Below are positions 63,935-63,992 of a DNA stretch of 63,992 nucleotides, piece after piece; within the stretch, counting starts at the first letter, position 1; every line of letters starts with the position of its first letter. The position numbers were made by a program, and so were the translations under genes. The DNA is from Zygnema circumcarinatum SAG 698-1b. Taxonomy: Eukaryota; Plantae; Zygnematophyceae. The notes under the pieces were generated by a model. It had not been told where the DNA came from, made no database searches, and worked only from the letters and a program-made list of their open reading frames with translations. The DNA lies in the NCBI GenBank assembly GCA_037447605.1, contig CM074820.1, positions 1,302,001 through 1,365,992 of the forward strand. Reading direction: 5' to 3'.

Positions 63935-63992
63935 CTGCACAATGAAGACAAGCAAACATAAAGCAAGCACGTTTAGACAATGAGGGGGATGG

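Overview
Eukaryotic nuclear DNA from a green plant. It is gene-dense with short GT-AG introns; a streptophyte alga or early land plant is the most likely source (inference from gene content, not proven). About 11 intron-bearing or single-exon genes can be reconstructed by hand: OEP21, OBGC2 GTPase, a C7-type Raf-like kinase, a bacterial-type PcrA/UvrD helicase, EGY2, a secretory CPYC glutaredoxin, an unknown coiled-coil protein, a two-FAS1 proline-rich surface protein, a half-size ABCD transporter, an RF298/PIR-type RING ligase and the last exon of a 2OG-Fe(II) oxygenase. There is no rRNA, tRNA, CRISPR array, autonomous transposase or novel multi-gene pathway that I can support. The strongest unexplained signal is non-coding: a ~53-bp palindromic module CCAAT-N9-CCACG-N14-16-CGTGG-N9-ATTGG (two inverted ERSE-I elements). 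It occurs six times: five copies lie within ~90-420 bp of start codons, and one lies in the spacer of a hAT-like foldback element. Intergenic DNA also carries homotypic arrays of short motifs (GTAC, CGATA, ACCGAC), two related MITEs and a 330-bp inverted repeat. Exon boundaries were read by eye and need RNA-seq confirmation.
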